A stretch of DNA of 63,701 nucleotides, the filler included, from Reticulomyxa filosa (lineage: Eukaryota; Protista; Foraminifera), in NCBI GenBank assembly GCA_000512085.1. It is 22 parts of 22 records of this genome, joined end to end, with 100 filler letters (N's around TTAATTAATTAA, not from the genome) between each part and the next. Parts side by side here need not be neighbours in the genome. Positions count along the whole stretch, not along the records: positions 35,986 to 43,356 come from ASPP01001200.1; positions 43,457 to 44,851 come from ASPP01012238.1; positions 44,952 to 46,604 come from ASPP01007294.1; positions 46,705 to 50,240 come from ASPP01009101.1; positions 50,341 to 52,791 come from ASPP01010623.1; 17 more parts are not named here. One strand, written 5' to 3'. Positions 37,929 to 51,395 of this stretch are shown here, in pieces; within the stretch, counting starts at the first letter, position 1; each line of letters opens with the position of its first letter. Both the position numbers and the translations under genes were made by a program. The notes below the pieces were generated by a model. It did not search any database and was not told the origin of the DNA. It saw only the letters and a program-made list of their open reading frames with translations.

Positions 37929-39978
37929 TTATGTTTGGAGTGCATGTGCACATCTACTCAGTAATTCTGCTTCAAGCATTTTCACTGCTTGTAATCCTAG
38001 CAGTCTTAGCCTGGCGCACTTGAGCCAATCTTGAGCAGGATATAGCATCCATTCTTGATGTACAAGCAATTCAATCAAGCAATTAAAGTGATTTCAAAAC
38101 ACATAAACAAACAAAGAATTAGATTGTTTGTAGTGATGCACACCTTCCAAGGATTCCAGTTCTTCCACAGCGGTTTTGATATCTCCATATTTAACAGCGA
38201 ACCCAGCCCTAGAAATTCTACTTTGGGGATCGGTTCCTTCGCGAAAGATTTGTTCACGAACTAGAAAGAGGCTAGTGATTTTGGCCAGCCAATTTTCCCA
38301 TAGCGTAGGATTTTGTTTTGGAGTCAAGGCAGTTTCGCGTAGTGCTTGTTCAAGCAAGCAAAAGCGGTCTAACAACTCTTGTTGCGTGTGTAGCTTTGTA
38401 GAGGACCGACCATCATTGGTTGTATTCGCATAAATGTTTTGTAAATCTTCAAACAACCTCCTCGATAAAAAGTTTGTAGGTAACGCTTTCAACAAATACC
38501 TGATTTCTGCGTCATGACCCAGCCCGTCATCCAAACGACGTTTCAGTCTTCCAGCAACACTCTGAAACTCACCAATCTTTTCATAACGTTCCAAGACCAC
38601 ATCCAAACAAAACAAAACGGAGGCAAGCAACCAATCAAACCAAACGATGTTTTCCTTTACAAATTACGTATATTTGTATGTTTAAAGGAAAAAAAAAATA
38701 AAATTACTTGCTGATAGAATTGATTATTTTCATCTTGCCAACTGAGCACTCGTCGCAAAGTTCGAATGTCTACACCAAGTTGTGCAAGTTTATCGGATCT
38801 TTGTTTTCGCTCAGTTTGCATGTATTCAATATGATGTTGTGTCGAGTCTTTCAATTCTTCGCTCATATCTGAGTAGGTTCGGATCATTTCCTCATAAGCT
38901 TTTTTCCCATCGGGTAAATGGATCATCTTGGTCTCCATGAATTGTTTTTGGTCTTCTGCTTGCTGTCGCAGTGTCAACAGCTCTTCATTTGCCTATTTTT
39001 GATTTCAATTTTTTTTTTTTTTTTTTTTTGTGTGGTTGACCCCTTTTTTTTTTTTAGCGTGTAAATATATCGATAATGTAATGTTTAGATTACCATATGA
39101 ACTGACGTACCAAGTTGTGTAATGCAGTCAATTCACTTACGGATAGCAATATTTTGGACTCACTTTTATTCGAAGCCTTCGGGGTTTGTGGGCTCGTTTC
39201 GTGTGAGGATTTTCGGCCTTGATGAGGCAACAATGCTTCTATATCTTGTTTTAATCGATCCAGCCATTGTTGGGCGGATTGATGTGATATTGTATGTTGT
39301 TTCTCTTTGCTCGGGGCTGTCTCCTCGCTTTTTTCTACGCGTGTTTGTACTTGCGTTTCATTTTTTTTACTCTGTTTTTGTACAAGTTTACTATTTGTGT
39401 TTTTTTTAAATATCTTTCCTTTCAAACACAAAAAATAAAATAAATAACTGTTATTTCAGAATAAGACGGTAACGCCTTTGAAGATTGATTTACATTTTTG
39501 TCGAATTTCAAAATCTGTCTCATTTCAGAACGAAACAAAAAACATACTATAATTTTGATTTTTTCTTTTTAAAAAATTGTTGTTAATGGGTCGAAACTGA
39601 TGGAATTTTTTCACGCGTTGCTGTGAATTGATCAGGATACATCATATAGAATACCACACCGGCGATCACACCCAATGTCCCCACCAGTTTGACGTAATAT
39701 CCAAAACCTGTTTTCTCTTTCACAGACTCCTTCTTTGAGGGTACTTCTTTTTTGTTGGCACTCTGCTCGCCCAGTGGTGTTGTTTTGTTAGTTGTGGTGG
39801 ACTCCGTGGGAGGAGAAGAATCGGGCTTGTTACATAGCTGTCGGCGTGATATTTTAGTTACGTTTATTATGCCTGTCTCATTACCAATTCGAAATGGCAA
39901 ATGTTCTTTTCTGAGATACTCATAAAAGCTCGCTCTTGGTTTTATACTTTTGAACAATAGATAATGCCTTCCTAGCAT
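37929..39978 (-). CDS. MIC60: MICOS subunit Mic60/mitofilin, multi-exon
   Basis: Basic presequence-like N-terminus, TM segment GYYVKLVGTLGVIAGVVFYMMYP, coiled coil, then mitofilin domain WLAKITSLFLVR...DPQSRISRAGFAVKYGDIKTAVEELESLEG|..PAQDWLKCARLRL. Confidence 0.8.
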
Positions 39979-40382
39979 CTTTGAAAAAAGTTTTTGTTTG
40001 TCCTCTTACAAAATTTTTCTCGCTAAAAAGAAATAAGCTTTTCTCTCTCAAGTGTAATGTTTGAGAAAATCTATGATGTTCAAGTCCACATGTTACATCT
40101 GGTTTTATCAAAGAAAGTGTGCACTCAAAGGCGAAACATAGCCTATGTTTTGCGGTAGTACGGAAATGGTTCAATTTGAAAAAGTGAACTGTACCGCTTG
40201 CAAGAAAACGTTTGAATAAAAAGTGAGACTTTTTTGTGGATGATGAAGAGCAAGCCCGCTTCCACATAATTTTCTCATTTTTTTAAAAAAAGAACGGTTA
40301 GTTTGGTAAAACATAGAGCAGGATTGCATTTGATCCTTAGTGGACCAATAACGCATTGGCCAATTATTGAATAGAAGTTGTA

Positions 40383-43356
40383 TTATACTCTTCCTTTCAC
40401 GCCTTTTCGATTGTCACTGTCCCAGTGTGTAAGTTTGTACCAAAAGGAGTTATGATCAGGCACTCTGCGTCCGCGGGGTCTGTTCAATTCTTCCAGCAAG
40501 AAGAAGACGCCAAATCCGCAACCTTGTTATATGTATTATACATATTATATATATATATACATATTTTTTTTTTACGAATCAAGCAAAACAAATTTTCATA
40601 TATACAAAAAGAGACAAAATAAAAAAAATAAAAAGAGATTAATACCAATGAGAGAAAAGATTCCCAATGGAATAAAGACTGGCCATGGCCAATTCCAAGG
40701 TGTAATGATAATCCACAAAACCTGGCCAACGCTCTTTTTTCTTCTTCTTCTCCTTTCTTTTCTCCTTTGTTTATCATTGCGTAGCTCGTCGTTAACACGT
40801 GCCTCATCATTGTTGTTGGATTGCGATTCATGAACAGATGACCTTTTGCCCCCTTGTTGTTGCATACGCTCTTCTCGCAAATGCCTCTTTCGATCTCGTT
40901 TTCTGTCTTGAGTTTGTTTCAGCACATCAGCAGCGTCATGCCACTTTTCGGACGAATGATGTTTCAATTCCTCCTCTTCCAATTTTTGTGCTTCGTTGTC
41001 AGTTAAGTCAGGCTGTTCTTGTAACTTTTCATGCATCTCCGAGTGCTTTCGGCTATTGTCTTCATTTCGAACCAGTTCGATTCGAAAAGTGCATCTCGCT
41101 GCATTCCCACTGCTGTCTAGTGCCTCGTACACAATTTTCTCGACATGGTTATTTTTGCCAGGAGCTATTTTTGTTATTTTTTTCATCAAGTCGTATCCTT
41201 ATGCAAAGTAGTAGAGAGTGAGAGTAGGGCTAGAGGAAGGGGGGAGGGGAAAAAAAAGACGTAACGTATTGTGATTTGGCTTCCAGGTGGATTTCCTGCG
41301 ACCTGTCGGATTGTTACAACGCCATCGACAATATCTTCTGCCGTTGGAATGTTCCATTCTGGCCAAGCACTCCATTTGGTATCTTCAAATACTTCCACTC
41401 GAGTATTGGCCGGGCAGTGATGAATTCTTGGTGCTTGTCGATCTTTTTTTTTTTTTTTTTTTTTTATCAATAAAATAAAATTTCTTTTTTTTTTATTGAA
41501 TATCAAATGTTCGTGCATACCTGCTACAATGAGATTGAACACGCACAATGCAGAATTGCCAAAGTAGTCAGTGGCTTTGTATTCAATTTCGTATTTTCCA
41601 ATAGGTAGCTCGGATCCTTTTTGCGGACCACGAGTTTGCTCCAAAGTGATATCGAGGTCGGAATTGTCTTTGACGTAAGGGTCGACCCATCGTGCAAAGC
41701 CCTTATTGCTATTAAACGTTGTCATTGAGTATATATCTCCAGGACATTCAATGGAAGGTGGCTCCAGATCTTTTATGTGTGTGTGTGTGTGTGTGTATTG
41801 ACAGCAAGTTAGTTAAAAAAAAAAAAGACGAGTGATAATAAAAGTTGCCTTTGACAGTAACGACAAAGTCGCATTTGGCAATTTCATCGCTTCCTCGTTT
41901 CAAAGAATAAGTCACAGCAGTTTTTCCGATCGGGAAGCGTGAGCCTGGTGCCAAACTGCCTTCGGCAAATACCACATCGTATTCATCTTCATTTTCTTCG
42001 ACATTCTCTTGCACTGTCCAATGCACAATCGCCGCATTTTCACCCGGATCAGTGGCTATCTCCAAGTCTTTCGGACAGCGTTTGCCTGCTAATTCTTTCG
42101 CTGCATCAATGCGTCCTTTTATTTATTTATTCATATTATTATTATTATTATTATCACTGTTGTCAATATATTGGAAATGAGTATTCGTTTTTTTTGTTTG
42201 TACATGTTGGTCCTAGTTTAATTGTTTTGATCCTCCATCAAACAAACATAAAAAAAAAAAAAAACATACTTTTTTCTTCACGTCTTTGTCGACGTCTTCT
42301 CCAATCGTGTTCTTTTACCTCTGTTTACAATAATGTTGTTGTTGTTGCACAGATTCATAAAAAAGAAAGTAAATCCGTACATAACTTGAGCAAGTTCCTT
42401 GCAATTTCAGACGTGAATTTTCGAGATGCTCCGAAGCGTCGTTCCACTCGTACCACGCTTCAAACTCGGAGGCCCCGTCGGGTGTCAGCGCGGTGCTTTG
42501 GATGAAAGCCCAGGGCTCGGACACGTGACCGATGTTTGTGTCTGGCCGTGTAATGTACCATCGAGTATGGCCGTTGGATTCATCGAAATACATGACAACG
42601 GCCGATCCTCCGTCGCTGCGCACGCGTTCAAACACTGGACGATTAGCATGTGTTTGAGGTGTAATGGCATACTGGCCATTCAATTGTGCGTGGTTGGCAC
42701 CGGACACCTGGACGTTGCAATCTGCACACACACATACATACATAAGTTATTGTTGCACAGTGAGACAAAACAAAACAACAACAAAACCTGCTTTGTAAGT
42801 GTTGACTCTCGGCTGTCGAAACCACTCATTTTTATCCTCGTCAAAGACAATCCAGGCATGCCAGGTTGGAATTTGATCCGGTGTCTCTGCTTCCGAATTG
42901 ACAATGGCGATGGGTTGATCGTTTTGTATTCCTGATTGCTTTTGTCCGATTTGCCATCGGGCCATCTCCGAGTCCTTGTATTTGACGTAGAACAAATACG
43001 ACTGCGATGATGACTTATACACATGTCTGCCGTTGTATTTGATATTGGTCACGGCGTAATAACCATTCACTTCGTCATTGTCCGATCCCACGACCACCAC
43101 ATCAGCCACTCCTGCGGTGGGGACGTTCGACTCGTAGCTGCTGTCCATCTCTATTGGATGGTCCAATTTATTTACTCGTCGGAACATGTCTCTTCGACGT
43201 TGTTCTGTTCAGTCATTATTATTATTATCATTGTGTTTTTTTTTTTAAACCAAATAAAAGTCTCAACAAAATATACCTTTATCTTGTTGCATATCTCTTT
43301 CTCGTTCTGCCCTATCTTGTGATTGTGCCTGTGCTTGTGCTTGTGCTTGTGCTTGT
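40383..43356 (-). CDS. Type I membrane protein with two beta-rich N-terminal repeats and three HYR-like domains, multi-exon (5' truncated)
   Basis: HYR motifs such as P..CPKDLEIATDPG...PGSRFPIGKTAVTY, GSELPIGKYEIEYKATDYFGNSALCVF and YEALDSSGNAARCTF. C-terminal TM IPLGIFSLIG|CGFGVFFLL with a short tail ending KGRV*. Confidence 0.8.
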
Positions 43357-43556
43357 NNNNNNNNNNNNNNNNNNNNNNNNNNNNNNNNNNNNNNNNNNNN
43401 TTAATTAATTAANNNNNNNNNNNNNNNNNNNNNNNNNNNNNNNNNNNNNNNNNNNNCCATTCAAAAAAAAAAACACAACATGAAATACATCTTTTTAATT
43501 CTTTTCTGTCTTTCGTGTCAAGATACGTTTGTCCAAACAACAGACAGTGACTAAAC

Positions 43557-43714
43557 TAGTGGCCCCAACAGTGGTTCGAATCTTGACGTCGTCACGATAC
43601 TTTGGAAACAGATCATAATTCGAAAAAAAAGACGTCATATTTGAATATTCCTTTGTTCGAACTTGGTTGGGCCGCTCCCGTTTCTTTTAGAAAGTGGGTA
43701 CGGTTGAAATACAT
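43557..43714 (-). CDS. ERGIC/Erv41-Erv46 family protein, first exon (truncated)
   Basis: MYFNR...FSNYDLFPKYRDDVKIRTTVGAT| resembles the ERGIC_N motif D.FPK..D..+.T..G. Confidence 0.55.
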
Positions 43715-44143
43715 AAATGACAAGTGTGAAATATTGAAACAATGTAATAATTAATTTGTTCATTGAATCATGCCTTAATTATTGACGACACCAATAAAGT
43801 TGATACAAATAAGCTAATTAAAGACTATTGTTAATTCAATGTACAAAATTAGACCTGGGATATGATTTCCATCGACAAATATTCATTATGTGCTTATACG
43901 AAGAAAGTTTTTACAGTTAAACAAGTAAAAGACGTTATGCTTTGCTGCAGTGTACCGAAACTAGTGCAATATGCCTTTTGTTATTAATTACTCCTAAGTG
44001 TGCTAAATCTTGTTTTAGAGTACTACTATTGGCTTTTTCTTGAACGAATCATAGGATAATAGTGTGTGTTGCGAGGGCAAGACAAGTGCAAACGAACGAA
44101 AAATGACCCCTCATTTTTTATTGAATAAAAGTGGCAAAGTAAA

Positions 44144-44851
44144 ATGTCAATCTCGACAAGCAAGGATGATATTCCTTCAGATCAAGCTCTGTCACATTCA
44201 ATTCCTACAAAGCGTCCTTTTCCAGAGGATGGTTTTGAAGATGACAATCCAAGCAGACGTCGACGCCGAAGGGAGACAGGAGAGCCAACAAAACAAAAAG
44301 AAGCGGATGTGTCCGAGATGGCAAAGGTATCAGCCCCAACGACGAGTAAGGAGAATGAAGGCAGTCAAAACAAACCAAATTTAAAAAAAAAGAAAAAGAA
44401 AAAAAATGGCGAATTAAATCGGAGCACAGAGCTTGAAATTTTGCACAATATGTTTCAAAAGCGTAGTCAACATATCCCAAACAGCGTTTAGCACTATGGC
44501 TTATATAAATATAAATATATATATACATATGTATACATATATCATTGCTATATTATTTCATTTTGTGTGCCGTTTCAACACAAACAAAAAAACCAAGCGA
44601 ATATATGTATCTATAAAAAATAGGAATTTTGGAGGTGTTTGTTGTGGATGTTTGGCATTTGCGACTGTCCGAATTGGATCAATCGCACGAGCACGGTATT
44701 GATAAAACATGTGATTGTGGTTCAATTAGACCACTTGGACGACCTCTTCGCTTCGCAAATACTGGACGCATATCACTACTCTCGTAACGATTCAAATCAA
44801 ATTCAAACTGAAAGTCAAAATGAAACTGCAACAGCAACAGTAACAGCAACA
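44144..44851 (+). CDS. Nuclear protein 5' part, possibly REXO5/Rex1-like RNA exonuclease N-terminus (truncated)
   Basis: NLS-like RRRRRR and poly-K. After the intron, CLLWMFGICDCPNWINRTSTVLIKHVIVVQL resembles the N-terminal block of Rex1-like proteins. No nuclease motifs are present in the contig. Confidence 0.35.
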
Positions 44852-45084
44852 NNNNNNNNNNNNNNNNNNNNNNNNNNNNNNNNNNNNNNNNNNNNTTAAT
44901 TAATTAANNNNNNNNNNNNNNNNNNNNNNNNNNNNNNNNNNNNNNNNNNNNAAAAAAAAAAAAAAAAAAATATATATATATACAAAAGTTTGTTCGCCAA
45001 ATTTTCTTCGGAATTGCTGAATGGTGAATTGGAAAATGCCAACTGGAGTTGGGTGATAAGCTAACATAAAAAAAAAATTACCCA

Positions 45085-45850
45085 CTTTGATAAGCTTTCG
45101 ATCAGACTCTCGGATGATGACATATTGCTCTTCGATAAACAACTTACGGAGAATGCCATTCTTGCAGCGATTACTCAAAACTTTAAATAGTCTTCGAAAC
45201 AAATCTTCAAAATTATTGAGCAAGATCTCGTTCAGGATTTGCAACAGTAATTGTCGGAACTCGCCATTATTTTCCAATTCACGATCCCATTGCACACGAT
45301 TCAAATCGAAACTATATTTATCGCAAAGTGCTTGAAACATCACCTCTTGCGTCTTCTCCTCTTGTGTCTTCTCCTCCCTTTCTGCTTTCTTTACGTTGTC
45401 CTTGTCTTTTTTTTCTTCCTTGTCTTTTTTTCGTCCTCGTCTGGTCTTAGTGACGCTAATTCCATCACTATCATCTTCAATGACAATCCTTGCGACACTG
45501 CCAGCAAACTGTCTATTGTTGTCAAATTCACTGCTTCTTTGTTTTGCTCCACTTTCATGTACAACTCGTTCTCTGTCGGGCTGTCATCAAATTGAAGCTG
45601 TGCGTTCTCGTCGTACGAGTCATACTTTTTTTTATACTCTTGGTTGGATGACACTTATATTCAAAAAAAAAAACAAAAAAAAACAAACACATTTTTCTTC
45701 TTTTTGCATTATCTCCTTCTTCCATATACACCAACTCCAGTTTTAGCTCGCCACAAACGAAACAAACAAAAGTCAACACTTTTATCACTCACTTTTGAGA
45801 CTTTGTCCAAAGCTTCGGAAGTTAGCTCCGAGCAAATTACAAATTAACCG
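45085..45850 (-). CDS. Hypothetical protein, multi-exon, probable homopolymer frameshift near 45430
   Basis: ORF 45391-45654 continues in the frame of 44900-45343 across an A-run. GT-AG boundaries are present. Confidence 0.45.
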
Positions 45851-46095
45851 AAAATACAAATAGTCAAAGAAAACAATTTTCTTGTTGGAAAATCCTTTTT
45901 ACTTTCCACTCCTTTTCCCCTCCTTGCTCTGGTTTCAAAACAGTTGTCTTTTTTTTTTTTAAAAAAAGCAAAAAAAAAAAGTTGCCAAAGGAATGTAAGA
46001 CTCTTCTTTGTTGAAGGCTTTCGACCTTTTTTTGTGTTCACCTGTTACACTTTACGAACGTCTGGGAACAACTTGCACAAAACAAACAAAAAAAG

Positions 46096-46604
46096 ATGAC
46101 ACATGCAACTCGGGTTCAAAAATTAAAGCAAGAATTGGCCGAATTGAAAATGTCAAAATTTGAATTGATTCGGTCAACATCGTGCGAACTAGATCATTTG
46201 CGACGGATAATACACACCCTGGTGTCAAAGCAACCCGCGTGGAACGGAGCGTCGAGTGAGCGCAAAGTAGAAAACTCGACGACCCCGCAAACCAAGGAAA
46301 GAGCAGGATTAAAAAGCGAAGATAACAACAACAACAACGACAACAGCAACAGCAACAGCAAAAACAAAGATAGTGACAATACAAGCAAGAATAGCAATGA
46401 CGCAGTTAACATCAATGGCAACACGAATGCGAATACGAATAAAAAGCTAAAAAAAAAGTATGAAAACTTTGGGAGTTTGCATTTTAGCGGAGTGAACCCA
46501 ATGGAGATAATGTATATAAAAAAAGAAGAAGGGGTAATATGGAAGGGAAGAATAGTGGGAATAAAAGAAGAGTTAGAAGAAGAAGAAGAAGAAGAAGAAG
46601 AAGA
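46096..46604 (+). CDS. Hypothetical coiled-coil, N/E-rich protein (truncated)
   Basis: MTHATRVQKLKQELAELKMSKFELIRSTSCELDHLRRII followed by low-complexity tracts. Confidence 0.45.
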
Positions 46605-46704
46605 NNNNNNNNNNNNNNNNNNNNNNNNNNNNNNNNNNNNNNNNNNNNTTAATTAATTAANNNNNNNNNNNNNNNNNNNNNNNNNNNNNNNNNNNNNNNN
46701 NNNN

Positions 46705-47553
46705 TGTGATTGTGATTGTGATTGTTGCTGTTCATTATTCAAAAAAGGAAAGGGATCATAAAAACCTGGCAAATGACTCTTGTCGAAATTATCTTCAATT
46801 GTAATGCAACCACCTTGTGACCCCCGATCCGAAACTAAACATTGCACTGCGTCTGTCACATCAATCTCATAGCTTCCATTTTCATCATTGTTTGTATTTT
46901 CTTTTTCCATCATCATTTTGTCATCCCCAGTTCTATCATCATTTTTTTTTTTTTTTTTTTTGTAAAACATATACATATATATTTTTTTTTTTTTTAAAAA
47001 AAAAGGGGTCCCCTCCTTTTCCAAAAAAAAAACAAAACTCACTTTGTGATCATTCCAATATCTGCACTTTGAATACGTTTATGAGTACGCACTGGCGATG
47101 TTGACATGATTCCATATCGTGCTTTGATTATAATCAATCCTGCATTTTCCAATACGCGCCCGTCTTCCATCACTGCAGTAACTTTCCTTTCGCGCTCGCG
47201 CGATTGGATTGCTGTGTTCTTCATATTTTCGCGCTCCTTTTCCGCTTTCTTTCGCTTGTATTCGTACAGCTTTCTTTGGTTTTCCATAGTCTTCTTCTTA
47301 TACCCGTTTTCCATGTCGTACTCCAGGCGCGTTATTGGGTTCGACAAGATCTGGTAGCTCGGTTCAAGTCGATCGCCGTGCTTCGGTTTGATGTCGTCTT
47401 TTTACGATCCGGATGCACGTCTCGCAATTTCGTTCGGAACACCCGCTTCAATTCCACTGGCTTCACATCTGGTTCCACTCCCAATATTTCATACAAATTT
47501 GTTCCCAACAGGTCATTCTTTGGCAATCCTGTTGAAGAGAAATCATTTGCCAT
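46705..47553 (-). CDS. Compact DNAJC11-like protein (J domain plus DUF3395-like C-terminus), 1-nt frameshift near 47356
   Basis: NLYEILGV...HPD...YQILSNPITRLEYD, then GLIIIKARYG, IDVTDAVQCLV and KSHLPGFYDP. Confidence 0.75.
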
Positions 47554-48083
47554 TGTAAAGTTTTTTTTTTTAGTGGGTCAATTGCAAAAGTTAAAAAAGT
47601 TGCTTTTTGAAGGATTTGTAAAAAGCTGTCTTTGATATATCTTTTTTTTGTTCTAAAACGGGCAAGCCATGTTCATTTTGTTCATCTTTTAAACAAAATT
47701 TTGAAAGACTGAAAAAAAAAATGTTTCATTTTTAAAATTTTTTTCTTCCACTGCATGATACATAAATATTAATAGTGTTAATTGATTTGTGGCATTAAAG
47801 TGATGAAAATTTAGTCATTGAAAACTCAAAGTTTTGTTTTGACACATACATACATGTGACAAACTTTGGATTCATCTGGCATTTTATTGCGTTCCTCAGC
47901 ATAGTCAATGTCGCTAATTAGCTGTCGTGCTAGTATTTTTGGTTTTTATAATATAATCATTTTTTTTTTTGGTAAGGGGAGCATTTGGCAACGCCAAAGT
48001 CGGACATTTATTTTTGTTTGTTTGTGTGCTTTTATTTAAAAGATAAGAAATAAGAAGGATCTATATCAAAAAAAAAAAAGCAA

Positions 48084-49165
48084 TTAACTTTGCTCAGCTG
48101 CCTTGTGTAAAATGGTTTGATCAGTTTGATGGATCGACAGCCCTCCGGTGATTGATTTACAAGTCCGAATAAATAATGAATCAAATGAATATGCTAATGA
48201 GATAAATATATTGTTCGAGATTGACATTTTTTCAAAAGAGCGCAGATGCAAAAAAAAATAAAAAATACGTATACACACCAAAAAAAAAAAGAACTGAACG
48301 AATCATCTGATGTTGAATGGTCCATTTTGCATGGACAACAAATGTATCTAGAGAATGTTGAATCGTTTCGAGTAGAATATGCTCTGGATACATGGACAGA
48401 AAGATAACGACTCCGTTCCACCTCAAACATCTCCAATATTCTCGCAGTATTTGCTGGACATGCAGAGCAAAGTATTTTGTACCAAATACTTTCGACACAA
48501 TTGCATCGATTGTACCTTTATCAATTACACATTGCATCGATTCGTCCATGAAGGCTATGGACGTGCAATCCATCGTTACGTATTCACATGCAACAGGATC
48601 ATGCAAACGTGTTTCATTTGCCATTGCTGCAAAGTATTTTTCAGTCATTCGCTCCAAAACGATATTGGATACATCCATCGAAATCACTTCTAGATAACCA
48701 TCCTTGATCATCTCTTCTGTCATTTCTTTTTTTTTTTTCCAATGTTTGTGTATACGTACATATGTTTTGTTTGTTTGGCTTTAAGAAACAGAGTTCATGT
48801 CGATTTCTTGCCAAAACTGCTGTCACCACAACCCGCAATAAGCACAGTGTCATAACGTGCACACCACTTTTGGATAGCTTTACATAATTCTTTGTAGGTG
48901 CAATACCATTCCATCCCGCTTCCCAATGACTTTGATCTGAAAAAAAATACAGTAGCCTAATAAGAATTAGCGATAAACAAATATATATATATATATAATA
49001 TGTGATATCTAATACAGACTACGGTAACTTTTTATATCTCTCATTCCAATATGCCGACGTCTCGTACGAATTATGTGGCTCGGTCTTCGGCTTCTTGTTG
49101 CGAGGCTCAAAATTTTGATATTCTTTGTCCGAAGATTCTTCCTCACGATTTCTCTTTCTATGCAT
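48084..49165 (-). CDS. Class I SAM-dependent methyltransferase, EEF1AKMT4/METTL13-N-like, multi-exon
   Basis: YETSAYWNERY, EWYCTY, VLIAGCGDS, MDVSNIVLERM, MDCT, VIDKGTIDAI, WRCLRWNGV. Confidence 0.85.
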
Positions 49166-49505
49166 AGATTCGTTTCAAGATGCTGCAATAAATCAATATT
49201 AAGGCAGGATTAAGACAGATGCTTGTGTAAAGCCGACTTTTCTATATAAAGTCCCCTTCTAAAAATTGGTCTTTTGTGGAGTTCGTACAATCGATTAAGT
49301 TCACTTTAATTAAAAACAATAGATGGGGAAACAGTAGCAAAGGTCCAATCACAATCACAAAAACTACATTGCGCTAAACAAAGAAAGCAAAAAGATATAT
49401 ACTAAAAATAAAATTATTGTGATACATCTAAGCTTTTCTTTTTTTTATGACTTCTCACTTTGGGGAGCGGGAAAGAGAAAAAAAAAGAAGAGACTGAAGG
49501 GATGT

Positions 49506-50195
49506 TTACTTCAGCCGACAAAGCATTATGAGAAAGACAATGAGATTCAATGTGAGCATTAAAAAAACCAAAATAGTGGCTTGTTCAAACTGCCACGACG
49601 AAATGAAAGTCTGAACAAAAACAGAGAGTAGAGTCAGAGCAAAAGAGAGGAGTGCCCGAATCGTGTGTTCAATGGCCAATCCTTTTCGAAAGCGAATATT
49701 TTGCGGCAGCCACTTCAAGCCAATGCAGCAAAGTAAGTAATAACTACTGGAAATGATACCAATGGAAAAATATTTCAAAGCGTCTTTCCATTTGTGTTTC
49801 ACTGTGTCTTTCAGCAACACAAATCGAAGCATCAAGCACTCAAACACAGACAAGGCCACGCACAAGCTTAAAAACACTATCCAAGACACGCGTTCGAACA
49901 AGAGGATCACAACGAGAAATGGAGTCACTCGGATGTACAAATCAGAAATTATAAACGCGTACAAGATCAGGCAGAAGACCCATCCGTACCGAGGAGTGTG
50001 ATTTTTGCAATTGTCGCTGTTTTCTCTTATCAAAGGCAAGTGTCCATGTTTGTCTTTGCCAATGCCTCCATTTCGCACTTCCATCCTTGCACCCGGAGTG
50101 GCTACAACGATGGAGCCCACGGAAGTCGTGGAAGCAGGCGCTGGTCTTTCCAATGATCGGTCTGCTTTCTGCTCACCAGGTGTACATGGCTTCAA
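49506..50195 (-). CDS. Multi-pass membrane protein, last exon (5' truncated)
   Basis: About five hydrophobic segments in the C-terminal 160 aa. Confidence 0.6.
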   Translation of the reverse strand: MKPCTPGEQKADRSLERPAPASTTSVGSIVVATPGARMEVRNGGIGKDKHGHLPLIRENSDNCKNHTPRYGWVFCLILYAFIISDLYIRVTPFLVVILLFERVSWIVFLSLCVALSVFECLMLRFVLLKDTVKHKWKDALKYFSIGIISSSYYLLCCIGLKWLPQNIRFRKGLAIEHTIRALLSFALTLLSVFVQTFISSWQFEQATILVFLMLTLNLIVFLIMLCRLK

Positions 50196-50202
50196 ATTCA
50201 AA

Positions 50203-50240
<38 letters not shown>

Positions 50241-50340
50241 NNNNNNNNNNNNNNNNNNNNNNNNNNNNNNNNNNNNNNNNNNNNTTAATTAATTAANNNN
50301 NNNNNNNNNNNNNNNNNNNNNNNNNNNNNNNNNNNNNNNN

Positions 50341-51008
50341 GTTGCTAATGCTGATACTGTTGTGGCTGTTGTTGCAGGAGTAGCAGGAACAACAAGACCA
50401 TTAGCATTGACATTGATATTAGTATTAGTATTAACATTGATATTAGCATTAACATCAGCACTAACATCATCATTATCAATCATTATCATTATAATTATAA
50501 TTATCATTATCATTATCATTACAATTACCATTTACATTAGCATTCGCATTGGCATGCAACTTTTTTTTACGCTGACATTCCAAGTGATACTGCGTGCGTA
50601 ACATATTCATTTGCGATCGAACTTTGCAAATGTCTTGCAAGTATTGGTTATCCATGTCCATGCATTTTTGTGCAAAGTGTTTGCTCCAGGCCAAAAAATT
50701 CTCGGCAATCTCTTTCTTCAACAAACATGTGTACTCCTCACACAGCAGCCTCTTCGAATTTTCCAACGATTCTTTCTTCAAACGAATTGTCGCCAGCGTG
50801 GCTTCATACAAACTCGTTTTCTTTTGTTTTCGATTGGCCATCATTATCTTCATCATCTTCATCTTCGCCTTCATCATCATCTTCTTCTTCTTCATCATCT
50901 TCTTCTTCTTCTGCTTCTGCTTCTTCTGCTTCATCTACTTCCATTCCATTTGCTTTTCCCACTCTCTTTGATCCTCCTTCTTGTTCTCCATTGTCATTAT
51001 CATCATCG

Positions 51009-51063
<55 letters not shown>

Positions 51064-51364
51064 CATTATCATTGTTATTATTAATGCTATTGCAATTGTC
51101 TTCCTTTTCCTCAATCATCTTTTGTCTACCGTCATTTGGACAAGTCTGACCATTTGCACTTTTTACCTTTACGTCATCATTACCATCGCCGTCATCGTCA
51201 TCATCATCGTCGTCATCGTCGTCATCATTGCCACTTCGTTTGGTTCCTTTTTTTTTCTTAATTACAGTCGGCGGCGTTGTTTCAATCGTCTTTTTCCCTT
51301 TGCTGTCGCACTGTTGTGACGGATTAGAGTTTGAGATTGATGTTGAGCACAACCGTGGCAATGG

Positions 51365-51395
<31 letters not shown>

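Noticed and set aside
37929-47553. Mic60 and DNAJC11-like genes as a MICOS/MIB gene cluster
   Set aside because: They are on different contigs separated by three spacers, so proximity is arbitrary.
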